In this document: piece after piece, positions 62,388 through 64,000 of the stretch
How the letters are laid out: each line of letters begins with the position of its first letter
How positions within the stretch are numbered: the stretch's first letter is position 1
Source of the DNA: Octopus vulgaris
Lineage: Eukaryota
Assembly: GCA_951406725.2 (NCBI GenBank)
Contig: OX597815.1
Coordinates: 127,906,001-127,970,000, forward strand
DNA length: 64,000 nt
Direction of reading: 5' to 3'
Notes under the pieces: generated by a model
Databases searched by the model: none
What the model saw: the letters and a program-made list of their open reading frames with translations, nothing else
What the model was told of the DNA's origin: nothing
Made by a program: the position numbers and the translations under genes

Positions 62388-64000
62388 GTTCTTGTCCACC
62401 TGGAGGTCTGGACTAAACCAGACCCCGAGCAATTTAACTGGTTCTTCCATCCAGCATTGTACAAAGCTGCTGGTTGGCATGGACCTGTCTCTCCAGGTGC
62501 CAAGTTGCAGGCCTGCTGCCCTGTCCTGATTAATCTTTGCTCTTGTTACTGCTTCATACTCCCTTAAGGTAGTGCCCACCACCTTGATTTCCAAGCTGTC
62601 CGACACTATTGCAGTGATGTCATCCGCTTAAGTCAACACAAACCTTCTGCATCCTAGACCATGTGGAATGCCCCTCCAAATATCCAACTTCCTTAGTAAT
62701 AGCTTGAGAGTAGCATGTACAGAAGAGATAAAGGAGGGCATCCTTGATGGACTGAACGAGTAATGCTAAACAATTCCAATAGGTGGCCATTTACTTTGAC
62801 AACCGAACAGATGTTACTGTACATTGCAGTGACCCACCCTCTGAAAACAAGACCAAAACCAGCTGCTGCAAGGATGGCCTCCAATTATTGGTGATCAACC
62901 CTGTAAAAAGCTTTTGATTGATCCAAATTGATCAGTGCCTCACCGATGCCAAGTTCTTTACTTACCCTCTCTATGATGTAGCACATGAGGTGGGGGTTGT
63001 TCTGGATAGATCTGTTTGGGATAGTACATGTCTGCATGCTACTGACCAGCGTATCTCCGATAGGTGCAGACCTCTTGGCTAACATCTTGTCCAAAATCTT
63101 ATAATTTGTGTTCAGCAGAGTTATGGACTTAAAATTATCTATTTGTTCCCCCTTGTTCAGGTCATTTATCAGCAGCACCACCATACCATGGCTCACAGTA
63201 CTGGGTATTCTGCTGCTAGTTGCGGTAGACATTCACAAGTCTTGAATATAAAGATACAACTCGATGGGCAGACCACCCAGCCCCGGAGACTTCTTTCTTG
63301 TGCAGCTCATCATCGCATCTTGCACGTCTTCAGCTGTTATTGGCATTTTACAGAATTCCATATCCTTAGCCAAGAGGCACAGCATATTGTCAAAGTAGGG
63401 GGTGAAATCCACCTCCATTCCCAACACAGCACATGCTACATACAGTTCGGCAAAGTGCCACTGGAATTCCATTCATATCTGCTTGAATTTGTGTAGCATG
63501 TGCCCATCCCAGCCTATCAAAAACTGTACTGTAGATTTGTTGCCACATTGCTCCTCTTCTACCTGGAACAATCGAATGGCTTTTGTTCCTTCATATCTTA
63601 GCACACATGCCCTAGCTCTGACAACGCAACTATCGTGCTTGACATTGAAAAATTGATCAAGAGCCAATCTCACTACCAGTTGATACCTGTCGGCCAGTTG
63701 GAAGTGGCTGAGCAGGTTTGTGAGGCTTTTACACCTGCTTCTCTTCTAGGTTATCCCCACCATATCTTGGTGTGTATCCAAGATGGCATTCCAATTGCCC
63801 ACTAGCACTAAAATGCAAGAAAAACCTTCAGATCTCTGAAGAAATCCAGCTGCCCTGAAGAAATCCAGCTGAACACACACAGAGACTAGTCTAAAAGCAC
63901 CACCTTCCCTATTGCTCACATCCAGGACCACCAACTTACCATCTGGGTCCAGAAAGATCGTCTGAACCTCAAGATCCAGGCCTTTCTTAAATACTATTGC
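62388..64000 (-). mobile_element. L1/Tx1-like LINE ORF2 (APE endonuclease + RT), decayed, runs off the window
   Basis: LVGNWNAILD, KSPGLGGLP, ITLLNTNYKIL, LINLDQSKAF, SVHQGCP, ADDIT, VKLLGVWF. Confidence 0.9.

Overview
AT-rich eukaryotic (animal) genomic DNA, dense in repeats. The repeat families (RTE LINEs with (GAT)n-tailed derivatives, tRNA-like SINEs, mariners, Helitrons) look like those of an octopus/coleoid cephalopod; this is an inference from memory, not a database result. The ORF track misses a spliced minus-strand gene for a cadherin-repeat protein. I reconstructed 8 phase-compatible coding exons (38121 to 4522, 639 nt, 213 aa): a signal peptide, a first cadherin repeat and most of a second (IDRE, DENDNVPVF, ATDID, LDYE motifs). 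One exon is a 12-nt microexon. The gene probably continues beyond the left edge of the window. Its introns and upstream region hold a near-intact 6.8-kb Helitron (41195-47990, Rep/Pif1 ORF with one stop), several non-autonomous Helitrons, a full-length mariner, and many decayed RTE, L1/Tx1, R4-like, CR1-like and maT elements. The least expected features are three minimal type-I hammerhead ribozymes with palindromic stem III (50343-50412 minus, 61285-61367 minus, 62276-62359 plus). The first lies in the sense orientation of the cadherin transcript's putative first intron.
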